Below, piece after piece: positions 50,512 to 60,699 of a stretch of DNA of 64,000 nucleotides (its first letter is position 1; the number at the start of each line of letters is the position of its first letter). Source of the stretch: Syntrophales bacterium (GTDB lineage: Bacteria > Desulfobacterota > Syntrophia > Syntrophales > UBA6807). The notes beneath the pieces were generated by a model that saw only the letters and a program-made list of their open reading frames with translations, ran no database searches and was not told where the DNA came from. The position numbers were made by a program, and so were the translations under genes. The DNA lies in NCBI GenBank assembly GCA_040767195.1, contig JAXGPA010000003.1, positions 192,001 through 256,000 on the forward strand, in the 5' to 3' direction.

Positions 50512-52416
50512 TCAGCGGCAGATCCTGATTTCCTGGCCCGGGTAAATCCGGCCGTCGGGGCTGAGCCCGTTCATCTCGAGAAGATCATCCACGGTGATTC
50601 GATAGGTCCGGGCGATCTGAAAAAGACTGTCACCGGGTTTCACCGTGTAAACCGTCCCGCTTTCGCCGCCGGCACCCGCGACACCCCTTCCCCCGTCCAG
50701 ACGAAGCACCTGGCCGATCTGGAGTCCATCACCGGAAAGTCCGTTCAGGCGCTTGATTTGCGAGACTGTAACACCGTGTCTTCGAGCGATGTTCCACAGG
50801 GAATCGCCCTTTTTCACCCTGTAATAAGCAGGTTTGACGGAAGCGAATCTCACCTTCCCATCGCCGGCAGGTCCTTCATCTCCTGAAAAATCGGCCCGGG
50901 TGGGAACTTTCAGAATCTTACCCTCACGGATCATGTGCTGGCTCGAAAGATGGTTCATCTTGACGATGGATGCCACGGAAGCGCCGTATTTTCTGGCAAT
51001 TCCCGAAAGGTATTCGCCCCGTTTCACCCGGTGAAGCACCAGGGCCGTCGCCTGGGGTTTTTTCGCGGCGGGAATGCCATCGAGAACAGCCAGGATCCTT
51101 TCCGTCGATCCCGACGGAATCTTCAGATCGTATTCCCGGTCCGGCGTCACCCCGTATCTCAACTGGGGGTTCAAAAGGCGGAGATCCTCCTCGCGAAGCC
51201 CCCCGGCGCTGGCGATGTCCTTCAACCTGAGAGATCGCTGGACGGTAACGGATTCAAAATCAATGCCTGTTTTCGGATTTGGAAGCGCCATTCCGTATCT
51301 GTCCGGAGCCTCGATGATTTGGAGGGCGGCGAGAAACCGCGGGACATACCGGGCCGTCTCGAAGGGAAGCTGGTGATAAAGATCCCAGAAATTGTCGAGG
51401 TAATTGGTGTGTTGCCGCGATATCACCCGAAGGACCCTGCCCTCTCCACAGTTGTAGGCGGCGAGGACGGTCAGCCAGTCCCCGAAAATACCGTGGAGTT
51501 CCTTGAGATAGGCAATGGCGGCATCAGTGGACTTCTCCACGTCCATTCTTTCGTCGATCCAATAGTCCCGCTTTAGTCCGAACTTGTAGCCCGTGGAGGG
51601 GATAATCTGCCACAGGCCCAGGGCCCGGGCCGATGAAAGGGCCTGCACCATGAACCCGCTTTCCACGAGGGGAAGCCAGGAAAGCTCTTTCGGCAGGCCC
51701 GCCTTTTTCAGTTTTTCAAGAATCATAGGCCGGTAGAGGCCAGAACGCTCATAGGCCCGCTGAAATGTCCCCCGCTCGGATTTCTGGAACCTTTTGATTT
51801 CCTTTTCCACATCGGCATTCACCACATGGGGGATCTCGCTTTGATATCCCGTGGTCACGACATTGCGGGACGCGTAGATTTCTAGAATCCGCTTCGAAAT
51901 CATGTAACGCAGGTCGTCTTTCTGCCAGGCCATGTCGGGGTTTCCATCCACATTCAGAATGGAGGCATACGCCTGGTCTAGAAGGGCCACGGCGTTTTCC
52001 AGTTCGCCCTTCTCCCAAGCCTCCTGGGACCGGTTGATAAGTTCCAGTGCCGCATCGATCGCTTCCTGCTCCTCCAGCTTCTCGCCCTCTCCGGGCCCAC
52101 CGCCGAGGGGTTCATCGAGGGCCGTGGCGGCCAGTTCCTTGTCTGAAAGGATTTCCCCGGCTTTTCCAAAGTCCGACCCGCTGTCCGGGCACCTCTCCGC
52201 GGAAGAGGCGCCCTTTTCTTCCACCGATCCGCTTTCCGGTCCGCCGTTGGCCGGCACCGTTAAGGCCGTATCCGTTGAAAGGCGGGCCCCGTCGTGGAAA
52301 GAACTGCAGGAGATGAGAAAAAAGGACAGGAAAAGAAACAAAGCGAATAAAAACATTCTATTAGGATTTTCTCTGTCCGTCACCGTTCTCCCCCCCCGCC
52401 TTTTTAAGCTTTTCAT
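50512..52416 (-). CDS. MltD-like lytic transglycosylase with three LysM domains
   Basis: LVESGF, ALGLWQII, AAYNCGEG, ETARYV; three LysM repeats; start may be GTG near 52383. Confidence 0.88.
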   Translation of the reverse strand: MKSLKRRGGRTVTDRENPNRMFLFALFLFLSFFLISCSSFHDGARLSTDTALTVPANGGPESGSVEEKGASSAERCPDSGSDFGKAGEILSDKELAATALDEPLGGGPGEGEKLEEQEAIDAALELINRSQEAWEKGELENAVALLDQAYASILNVDGNPDMAWQKDDLRYMISKRILEIYASRNVVTTGYQSEIPHVVNADVEKEIKRFQKSERGTFQRAYERSGLYRPMILEKLKKAGLPKELSWLPLVESGFMVQALSSARALGLWQIIPSTGYKFGLKRDYWIDERMDVEKSTDAAIAYLKELHGIFGDWLTVLAAYNCGEGRVLRVISRQHTNYLDNFWDLYHQLPFETARYVPRFLAALQIIEAPDRYGMALPNPKTGIDFESVTVQRSLRLKDIASAGGLREEDLRLLNPQLRYGVTPDREYDLKIPSGSTERILAVLDGIPAAKKPQATALVLHRVKRGEYLSGIARKYGASVASIVKMNHLSSQHMIREGKILKVPTRADFSGDEGPAGDGKVRFASVKPAYYRVKKGDSLWNIARRHGVTVSQIKRLNGLSGDGLQIGQVLRLDGGRGVAGAGGESGTVYTVKPGDSLFQIARTYRITVDDLLEMNGLSPDGRIYPGQEIRICR

Positions 52417-52480
52417 GATTTATACGGGACCGCGTTGTTTTCCCCTGGAAAACGCAACTCTCCAACAGAGCCATTACGCT

Positions 52481-53576
52481 TCAGCTCTGTTGCAGAAGAT
52501 ACCCCTCGATGAGGTCGTCGATGTCCCCGTCCAGGACCCGGGTGACGTTTCCTATTTCCATGTTCGTCCTGTGATCCTTCACCAGCCTGTAGGGATGAAG
52601 GACGTAAGACCGGATCTGGCTCCCGAAAGCGATGGCCTGTTTCGTCTTGTTCAGCTCCGTCATCTTTTCGTTCTGCTCGTCGACCTTCAGCTCGTAAAGG
52701 CGGGATCGAAGCACTTTCATGGCCACGGCCCGGTTCTTGTGCTGGGAGCGCTCGTTCTGGCACTGGACGACGATGCCCGTGGGAAGATGGGTGATCCTCA
52801 CGGCCGAGTCGGTCTTGTTCACGTGCTGACCACCCGCCCCGGTGGAGCGGTAGGTGTCTATCCGTAGATCCTTATCGTTGATCTCCACGGTTATCTCGTC
52901 GGTGATCTCCGGATAGACGAAAACGGAGGCGAAGGACGTGTGCCGCCTCGCCCCGGCATCGAAGGGGGAGATCCGGACAAGCCGGTGAATCCCCACTTCC
53001 GCCTTGATGTAACCGAAGGCATAGTCCCCCTCCATGGTCACCGTGGCGCTCTTGATTCCCGCCTCCTCGCCGGGCTGCAGGTCGATGAGGTTCGCGGTAA
53101 AGCCCTTCCTCTCGGCCCAACGGAGATACATGCGGAGGATCATGTCCGCCCAGTCCTGGGCCTCTGTCCCACCCGCCCCGGCGTGGATCATGAGAATGGC
53201 GTTTTTCTGGTCGTCGGCGCCCCCGAGCATGCTTTTGAGCTCTTCGCCCCGGACGGCCCGCTTCAGGTTCTCGAATTCCCTTTCAGCTTCCTCCAGGGTT
53301 TCCTCGTCGGCCTCCTCGCAGGCGAGTTCATGAAGGACCTTCAAGTCCTCCAGGCGTCTGTCCGTGCTTTTCCAGCTCTCGACAACCTGTTCGAAATCCC
53401 TTTTTTCCTTGAGAACGGTCTTTGCCGTCTCCTGGTCGTTCCAGAAATCTTCCCGTGAAATCCTGGCATCGAGCTCCCGAAGGGCTTTTTCCTTGCCGTC
53501 GATGTCAAAGAAAACCTCTGAGGTGGTGAATCCGTTCCTGGAGTTCCTGGATACCCTCGGCAAAGTTTTCAATCAT
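52481..53576 (-). CDS. prfB: Peptide chain release factor 2 (programmed +1 frameshift)
   Basis: 23-codon ORF MIENFAEG...RGFL ending CTT TGA C at 53510-53504, continuing in +1 frame; SPF and GGQ motifs. Confidence 0.95.
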
Positions 53577-55101
53577 CTAAAAGCTTCCTCCTCAGTGAAT
53601 AAATAAATATAATACCAGAAAAAAGAAAACAGAAATAGACAAAAATGTCCCCGTAACGGGAATAGGGGCTCCCCATGTCGACAAACCGGACGTCTCCCCG
53701 CAGGCCCGTCCGCTCGAAAAGACCCGTTTTCGCGACAACCTCTCCCGTTGGGGAAATGATGGCGCTGATCCCCGTGTTGGCCGCCCGGACAAGGAAAACC
53801 CGGTTTTCCACGGCCCGGAAAAGGGCCGAGGCCAGGTGCTGATAGGGTGCGGAAGACGTTCCGTACCACCCGTCGTTGGTGATGTTGACGAGGAGGCGCG
53901 CTCCCGCCGTACTGTAGGCCCGGCTGATCCCGGGGAATATCCCCTCGTAGCAGATGAGGACGCCGAGCGGTTTCCCGCTCGCCTCGACGGGAACCCAACC
54001 CTCACCGGGAACGAAATCGCCCACGCCGGCGACGAGTTTCTCCATGAATGAAAAAAGGCCCTTGAGAGGAACATATTCGCCGAAGGGCACGAGGTGGACC
54101 TTGTCGTACTTTCCCGTAATGTCACCTTCCGATGAGACGAGAAAGGCGCTGTTCCCGTATCGGACCCCCTCTTCTTTCTCCTGGTAACTCGGGCTTCCCA
54201 AAAGGATATCCGCTCCCGTCTTCCGGGCGAGGCGCAGGATCCTTGTCAGCTTCTCACCGCCATCCTGAAGAAAAAACGGCATGGCCGTTTCGGGCCAGAC
54301 CACCAGTTCCGTTTCCGGCCCGGTCCATGATTTGGTGAGATTCTCGTAAATGTCCAGGGTTCGAAGCTGGTAGTCCCGGTTCCACTTGACGGCCTGCTCG
54401 ATGTTTCCCTGGATGACCGACACGGCGGCGGTTTGAGCCTCCGACGTTTTTTCACGGACTTCCTCGATGCGGTAAAAACCGTAAAAAACGATGACGAACA
54501 CGGCAAGAGAGCAGAGGACCATCTCTCCTGCTATTCGGCGCCTGTTTTTCCGGCTGACCCGAAGGATGCCGTACAGGACGGTGCTGACGAAAACAATGAC
54601 GAAGGAAAGACCGTACACGCCCGCCAGGTCGGCGATCTGGATGACGACGAGATGTTCGTGGAGAGCCGTTCCCAGGTTGCCCCAGGGGAACCCGGTGAGA
54701 AGGTGCGATTTTCCGTATTCCAGAATCGTCCAGAGGAAGGGCGCGGTGACAATCTCCGGGAAGCCTCTCCCCGTGAAATGGCAGAGGGCGGCGGAAAAAA
54801 CGGCCACGTAAAGACTCATGTAGATGACGAGAAGGAGAAGAACGGACCAGCCCGCCGCCAGGGACAGGTTCCCATAGCGTATGACGGCCTCGGCCACCCA
54901 GTAGAGAAGTCCGAGGTTCCATGCGACGCCGGCGACGCCCCCGAGAAGGAAACCTTCCCGCACCGATTTTTTCCTGAGGGCGAAAAAAAGAGGGATGAGG
55001 GCGAACCAGACGAGCCAGCCGAAGCCGAACTTGGGAAAGGAAAAGAAAAGCAGCGTTCCGGAAAAAAGAGACAGGCCGAGGTCTTTTCGGTCCATGGTCA
55101 C
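53569..55101 (-). CDS. lnt: Apolipoprotein N-acyltransferase
   Basis: QGNI, VWPETA, YDKVHLVPFGEYVP, ICYE, TNDGWY, RAANTGIS. Confidence 0.95.
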   Translation of the reverse strand: MTMDRKDLGLSLFSGTLLFFSFPKFGFGWLVWFALIPLFFALRKKSVREGFLLGGVAGVAWNLGLLYWVAEAVIRYGNLSLAAGWSVLLLLVIYMSLYVAVFSAALCHFTGRGFPEIVTAPFLWTILEYGKSHLLTGFPWGNLGTALHEHLVVIQIADLAGVYGLSFVIVFVSTVLYGILRVSRKNRRRIAGEMVLCSLAVFVIVFYGFYRIEEVREKTSEAQTAAVSVIQGNIEQAVKWNRDYQLRTLDIYENLTKSWTGPETELVVWPETAMPFFLQDGGEKLTRILRLARKTGADILLGSPSYQEKEEGVRYGNSAFLVSSEGDITGKYDKVHLVPFGEYVPLKGLFSFMEKLVAGVGDFVPGEGWVPVEASGKPLGVLICYEGIFPGISRAYSTAGARLLVNITNDGWYGTSSAPYQHLASALFRAVENRVFLVRAANTGISAIISPTGEVVAKTGLFERTGLRGDVRFVDMGSPYSRYGDIFVYFCFLFSGIIFIYSLRRKLLDD

Positions 55102-55117
55102 CCCGCTTCGAGCCTGC

Positions 55118-55984
55118 TCAGGCCTGTTCTTTCCAGTTCAGATCGCCGGCACCGGTGGACCCTTCGACCCGCCGAACCCGAACTTTCTGGATGCTTCTCT
55201 CGTTGGCTGACTCGATGACCATTTCCAGGGTTCCGAAAGGGACGACCTCACCGGGCACGGGAATTTTCTTCGTGATGTGAAGAATCATCCCCCCCAGCGT
55301 TTCGAACTTCCCCTCCGGGGACGTGACATGGAAATATTCTTCGAAGTCCTCGATGTCCACCCGGCTGTCCACGAGGACATCGCCGTCGGGCAGGACGGTG
55401 AAGGGATCCTCCTCCTCATCGTGCTCGTCATGGATCTCACCGACGATTTCCTCGATCAGGTCTTCCAGCGTGACGATGCCCGATGTCCCCCCGTACTCGT
55501 CGATAACGACGGCCATGTGGCTTTTCTTTTCCTTGAGCTCGTGCAGGAGCTGGTGAACGTTTTTCGTTTCCGGGATGTAGTAGGCCTCCCGCATGATGGT
55601 CGTGACGTCCCAGGTTTCGGGCTTTACGGGCCAGAGGCCGAAGAGGTCCTTCACGTTCAGAATGCCTATGATGTTGTCGACGCTTCCCTCGTACACGGGC
55701 ATCCGGCTGTTGCCGTGTTTCATGACGGCGGCAACCACGTCCTCGATGGAGGCCTCGGTGCTCACGGCGATCACTTCCGTCCTGGGCACCATGACTTCCC
55801 GGGCCACGGTGTCCCGCAGATCGAGGATGTTGACGATCATCTCCGCCGACTTCCCGTCGATGACGCCCTTTTCACGCCCTCTTTCGACGGCCGCCAGGAT
55901 CTTCCGGCCGGACCCCTCGGGGTCTTCCGGGTCCTCCCCTTCCGACTCGAGCCAGTGCTTCCAGAATGAACGGATCTTTTTCAG
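55118..55984 (-). CDS. CBS-domain CorC/HlyC family protein
   Basis: [43 protein letters not shown]; start placed at CTG 55984 behind GAGGAGG (track starts at 55840). Confidence 0.85.
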   Translation of the reverse strand: MKKIRSFWKHWLESEGEDPEDPEGSGRKILAAVERGREKGVIDGKSAEMIVNILDLRDTVAREVMVPRTEVIAVSTEASIEDVVAAVMKHGNSRMPVYEGSVDNIIGILNVKDLFGLWPVKPETWDVTTIMREAYYIPETKNVHQLLHELKEKKSHMAVVIDEYGGTSGIVTLEDLIEEIVGEIHDEHDEEEDPFTVLPDGDVLVDSRVDIEDFEEYFHVTSPEGKFETLGGMILHITKKIPVPGEVVPFGTLEMVIESANERSIQKVRVRRVEGSTGAGDLNWKEQA

Positions 55985-55997
55985 TTTTTCCGCCTCC

Positions 55998-56870
55998 TCA
56001 AAGAGCCCGGAGAAATTCCGGCCTCAACACGCTCTGATTCCTCTCTTCCACGACCCGGCGGATCAGGCGGACCGCCTCCTCTTTCTGTTCCGGAAGCCTG
56101 ACGCGGAGGGGAAGATAATTGGAAGCGTGGTTTGCGGTGAAATAGCACCGGGTGAAATGGGACTGGCCGATCATGGCGCCGAGTTCCCGGAGGAACCCGA
56201 AGGTGTCCGGCAGCTGAAAACGTCCCTTCCGATACAGGTCGTGGAGCGGCGTCCCGGGAACGACCATGACGGTGAGGGCACCGACGTAATGGGGGTCCAT
56301 CTCGGAGAGGACTTTCGCCGTGTCCGACCCGTGGACGTCGCTTTTTTCCCTCCCCCCGATGCCCAGAAGAACGGTGACGGAAAGATCCATGCCCGCTTCC
56401 CGGACACGCCGGGCCGCCTCGATCATATCGGCGGGCCCCACGCCCTTGTTCATCCACCTGAGAAGCTCTTCATTTCCCGACTCCAGGCCGAGATAAACCA
56501 GCGAAAGCCCCAGGGCCCTCAACTCCCGAAGCTCCTCCGGCGTCTTGCGAAGGACACTCTTGGCGTTGCCGTACGTGGCGATCCGCTTCACGCCGCGGAT
56601 GTTCCCGGCGATGGACTCGAGAACGGGCACCAGTTTGCGCTGGGGGACGATGAGGGCGTCCCCGTCGCAGAGAAAGACCCTCTCGATGACCCCGTACCGC
56701 GAGGCCTCGAGAATGTCCTCCTCGATTTCCGGGTATTCCTTGATGCGGAAGCGCTTGTCCTTGAAGCTGGGGCAGAAGATGCAGCGGTTGTGTGAACAGC
56801 CCACCGTCACCTGGAGAAGGAGGCTGTGTGCCTCGCTCGGGGGCCGGATGATCATGCCCTCGTATTTCAT
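55998..56870 (-). CDS. Radical SAM protein
   Basis: RPPSEA...GCSHNRCIFC motif; GLESG; ANHASNY. Confidence 0.88.
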   Translation of the reverse strand: MKYEGMIIRPPSEAHSLLLQVTVGCSHNRCIFCPSFKDKRFRIKEYPEIEEDILEASRYGVIERVFLCDGDALIVPQRKLVPVLESIAGNIRGVKRIATYGNAKSVLRKTPEELRELRALGLSLVYLGLESGNEELLRWMNKGVGPADMIEAARRVREAGMDLSVTVLLGIGGREKSDVHGSDTAKVLSEMDPHYVGALTVMVVPGTPLHDLYRKGRFQLPDTFGFLRELGAMIGQSHFTRCYFTANHASNYLPLRVRLPEQKEEAVRLIRRVVEERNQSVLRPEFLRAL

Positions 56871-56880
56871 GATGATCGCC

Positions 56881-57090
56881 TTAAGGCCTTTTCCCCCCGT
56901 AAATATTCACGTTAATGTCATCATAGCAGACATGGCAGTAGGCTTTGCCGTCCACGTGGCCGCACCCGTACCCCCAGAGTTCGAATTTCCGGCACCTGTC
57001 GCAAAGGGGAATCTCGCATCCGTCGCACAGAACCACGGATACCCTCTTGCCGCAAACCCTGCACACTTCCTTGCCGTCGGACAATACCAT
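56881..57090 (-). CDS. Small Cys-rich (zinc-finger-like) protein
   Basis: CRVC, CDGC, CDRC, CGH, CHVC; AAGGAGG RBS. Confidence 0.75.
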   Translation of the reverse strand: MVLSDGKEVCRVCGKRVSVVLCDGCEIPLCDRCRKFELWGYGCGHVDGKAYCHVCYDDINVNIYGGKRP

Positions 57091-57388
57091 GGGAAACAGA
57101 CCTCCTTCCCGTGTTCACCAGATAAACAGGCGTAAATTCCTATCACAAAGTCCATTGTATTGCAAAATCTCTTTACCCTGCCCCCTGAAAACCCTTTCGT
57201 CTCCGAGAAACGGTTCCGCCCCACTGAAGGATTCCGCCGCGAAATCACCGGTTAAGAATACGCCTTTCAGGCGGCGACCTCAAGCAGCTTGCAGCATGGA
57301 TTTTCAAAAAGGAAAATCCGTTCGAATTTATCGAGAAGAGTTGATCAGACTTAACTCCGGCGGCGGGTATTCCTGAGGAATATTCAGC

Positions 57389-58525
57389 TTACTGCCAGGG
57401 GTTTGTTTTCAGATAGGTGCTGAACTCCCGAAAGGCCAGGCCCAGGGGAATGGCAAACCCCATTCCCTCGAATTTCTGGGTGATCAGTTTCAGGGTGTTG
57501 ATCCCGATGACTTTTCCATCGGTGGTAATGAGCGGACCCCCGCTGTTTCCAAGGTATATCTTGGCGTCCGTCCGGATGTAGGCATCGTCGTAGCCGGATA
57601 CGATGCCCGAAGAGACGGAATCACTCACGCCCAGGGGGCTCCCGATGGCAAAAACCCGCATCCCCTGGATGATCCCGCCCGGTTCGCCCGGCTGAATGTA
57701 AGGTGTCCTGCAGCCGTCTGTCTTGAGAAGCGCCAGGTCGTGATCTTCGCTGACGGCGACCAGGCTCGCCTCGATCTCCGTTTTGTCTTTCAGCACGACC
57801 GTAAACCGTTCCTCGAACTCGGCCATCCTGGCTTTCCTGCTAAAGTCACCCTTCTCGCGCCGGTATTCCGATTTTTTCTCTTCGAATTCCCGCTTTCGCT
57901 TTCTGAACTGCTCGTCGTAGTAATTGTATTCGGCGGCCTGGCTTTTGTACTTTTCCATGGCCTCCGCGCGGGCGCGCGGGTTTTTGATGCCGTCGATGTA
58001 GGCCCTGTAATCGTCCAGGTCGCTTTTCATCCGCTTCAACTGATTTTCCGCGTTGGCCATGGCCGCTTCGTCTTCCTCTATCCTGTCGTCCACCCGGGCG
58101 ATAAATTCTTCCGTTTTCCTGATCTGGCTTTCGTCCCCCCTCAACACGTGCCTGTTCGTCAGAATATAGCCGTCCTCGCTGACAAAAAACCCCGATCCCA
58201 GCCCCAGAATCGTCCGGATGGTCACGGTGGCGAGCGAAGCCGCCTCCACCGCGCTCCTCGGCGGGAATTTTTCCGTCAGTTCCTTTGCTACGTCCCGGAA
58301 GACGGGCGACCGTGAAGATCGTCCGTCCCTGATGACCTCGACCTCCCCGACACCGGCCGGGGGAACGTCCGTGAAGACCCAGTGGCCGTCCTTGTCCCTG
58401 TACTGATAGATATCGGCGCCCGCCTCACCGGCGCCGAGCGCCAGGACCAAAGACAGGGCCAGCAACGGGCACACGGCCGAAAGAAATGTCTTTAAAATGG
58501 GCCGTTGAGAGGATCTTTCGTTCAT
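57389..58525 (-). CDS. Exported trypsin-like serine protease (DUF4124-like N-terminus, coiled-coil insert)
   Basis: Signal peptide; IYQYRDKDGHWVFTDVP; GSGFFV, LTNRHV, DLALLK, GNSGGPL. Confidence 0.85.
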   Translation of the reverse strand: MNERSSQRPILKTFLSAVCPLLALSLVLALGAGEAGADIYQYRDKDGHWVFTDVPPAGVGEVEVIRDGRSSRSPVFRDVAKELTEKFPPRSAVEAASLATVTIRTILGLGSGFFVSEDGYILTNRHVLRGDESQIRKTEEFIARVDDRIEEDEAAMANAENQLKRMKSDLDDYRAYIDGIKNPRARAEAMEKYKSQAAEYNYYDEQFRKRKREFEEKKSEYRREKGDFSRKARMAEFEERFTVVLKDKTEIEASLVAVSEDHDLALLKTDGCRTPYIQPGEPGGIIQGMRVFAIGSPLGVSDSVSSGIVSGYDDAYIRTDAKIYLGNSGGPLITTDGKVIGINTLKLITQKFEGMGFAIPLGLAFREFSTYLKTNPWQ

Positions 58526-58965
58526 GCCTCACGCTCCCCTTCCAGGGCGAACCAACCCCTCCGGAAGGTTTATTTCAACTTTCCCACAAGGATCGGACTG
58601 GGCGTCAAAAAAAATACAAATACGTGATTTACCCGTAATATTAATATGTTAAATGCAACTTGGAGACAGTATTAATGATGCCGTCAAAAAAGTCAACGCA
58701 AAAATCGTGGATACACCAAGATCTGCCGGCATGTCGGAACCCTACAATTTCAAAACGATCTTCCCAATCGTCACGATAAAAACAGTCGGCGACCATGAGT
58801 TCTGGGCGACGCTTTACCGGAACGGAAAGGCCCACTGGGGTGCGACACGGCCGCATCAAGACCGGGACGCCGCCGCTGAACGCGAGAGGGAATGCTCCCG
58901 TGACTCGGACAGGATAAAATAAGGCCCTTGATAAATGTATTCAGGAGATGATATTTTTCCAACTC

Positions 58966-59832
58966 ATGACTGACCGGCTGCCGGATATCTTGACTATGGG
59001 GAAAAAGCCTGAAGACAGGTTCATCGGCACCAACAACCCGCGGCTTCATTATCTGGACTGGGGAAGCGACAAGGCCCGTACCATGGTTCTCCTTCACGGT
59101 ATCGGGGACACGGCTCATGTCTGGGATTTCTTCTCGCGGGAGGCGTCGGATCGCCTGAGAATTATCGCCCTGGACCAGAGAGGCCACGGTTTGAGCGATG
59201 GGGTCGTGCCGCCGGCGTACCGCTGCGATGATTATGTCGCCGACCTGGACAGGCTCGTCGAAAGCCTCCGGTTGACCGGGGTCATTCTCATGGGACACTC
59301 CATGGGGGCCCTGCACGCCACACGCTACGCCTCCCTGCGACCCGACAGGGTGTCCGGCCTTATTCACTGCGACATCGAGCCCCGCCCGCCCGAGTGGAAC
59401 AGGAAGTATCTCCTCAATCTCTATGAAAAACTGCCGGCCCATTACGAATCGATCGATGAATATGTCAGCGAAGCCCGTCAGAACAGCCCGTACGCAAACG
59501 AACACACGCTCTACCGGATCGCCTCCTCTTCCCTGACACTGGGGAACGACGGCAGGTACCGTATTCAGTTCGACCGGGAAGTCCTCCCCCACTTCGATAC
59601 CTATGATTTGCGGCCCTGCCTCGGTAACATCCGGTGTCCTTCCCTTGTCATCCGGGGTGAAAAGAGCCGGGTCATGGACAAAAAGGCCGCCGTGGAAATG
59701 AGCACCGCCATCCCCCAGGGCCGGTTCAGAGAAATACCGGAGGCCGCCCATCCGGTTCACACCGATAACCCCGTTGAATTTAACCGGGCGGTGTTCGAGT
59801 TCCTGGACGAATTTCCCGTAAGTGTCAAATAA
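58966..59832 (+). CDS. Alpha/beta-fold hydrolase
   Basis: LLHGIGD, DQRGHGLS, GHSMG nucleophile elbow, C-terminal His; start uncertain (58948/58966/58996). Confidence 0.88.
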   Translation: MTDRLPDILTMGKKPEDRFIGTNNPRLHYLDWGSDKARTMVLLHGIGDTAHVWDFFSREASDRLRIIALDQRGHGLSDGVVPPAYRCDDYVADLDRLVESLRLTGVILMGHSMGALHATRYASLRPDRVSGLIHCDIEPRPPEWNRKYLLNLYEKLPAHYESIDEYVSEARQNSPYANEHTLYRIASSSLTLGNDGRYRIQFDREVLPHFDTYDLRPCLGNIRCPSLVIRGEKSRVMDKKAAVEMSTAIPQGRFREIPEAAHPVHTDNPVEFNRAVFEFLDEFPVSVK

Positions 59833-59998
59833 AGCAATCCCTTGGGCCGTTTCCGGAAGCACGCTCACCGGCCCTGGCATGGCTCGGCGGCGACCACGGG
59901 AATGGCATATCCCCCCGCCGCTGACTCTCTCCCGGGGCTTGCCTTTCGAACCACGTCGGTATATTCTCGACACCGCGTAAAACCAGGCAGGCCAGACC

Positions 59999-60580
59999 AT
60001 GAAGACTATCGTTGACCTTATTCACCGGATTGTAACAGGGAAACAGCATGCCCGGATGTTTTTTACGCCGGTCTTCGCCGCGTTTTTTCTCGTCCTTGTC
60101 GCACTTCCGGTATGGCTTGCCCTCAAAGTCGACGCGTATTTCGGTCTTTTCCTCCCCCTTCACCATCCCTGGGATTACGTCGTTTCCCTGCCCCTGCTCG
60201 GGGGTGGCTCCCTTCTCTGGCTGTGGTCGGTGCTCCATTTCGCGAAAGCGAAAGGAACCCCCGTCCCGGTCAGCCCCCCGCCGGGACTCGTCGACACGGG
60301 CCCTTACCGGTACGCCAGAAACCCGATGCTGTCGGGGGTGTTTCTCATCCTATTCGGGATCGCTTTTCTCACAGGGTCTCCGTCCCTTCTGTTTGTTTTC
60401 ACGCCGGCGTTTATGGGCTGCAGCATCCTGGAATTCAAGCTCATCGAGGAACCGGAACTGGAGAAGCGTCTCGGTGAAACGTACCTGGATTACAAGAAAA
60501 GAACGCCCCTTCTCATTCCGAAATTCTTCCGTCGACTGACAAACCGCGCCTTGAAGACGAAAAAATCCGGTGGTGATTGA
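59999..60580 (+). CDS. Isoprenylcysteine carboxyl methyltransferase/PEMT family membrane protein
   Basis: GTPVP...LVDTGPYRYARNPM, EEPELEKRLGETYLDYKKRTP. Confidence 0.85.
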   Translation: MKTIVDLIHRIVTGKQHARMFFTPVFAAFFLVLVALPVWLALKVDAYFGLFLPLHHPWDYVVSLPLLGGGSLLWLWSVLHFAKAKGTPVPVSPPPGLVDTGPYRYARNPMLSGVFLILFGIAFLTGSPSLLFVFTPAFMGCSILEFKLIEEPELEKRLGETYLDYKKRTPLLIPKFFRRLTNRALKTKKSGGD

Positions 60581-60699
60581 GAAGAAAAACAGGATCGCGA
60601 AAGTAGAATCAGGACGAGATTCCGGGCTGAAAGAGACTCTCCGGGTGATAGGGGTATCCGTCTTTGAGTAAAACCGGCCTGCTTCCGGTCTGCACCCCT

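Noticed and set aside
58653..58922. 89-aa plus-strand ORF
   Set aside because: No RBS at its start and no motifs; may be a remnant, not supportable as a gene.
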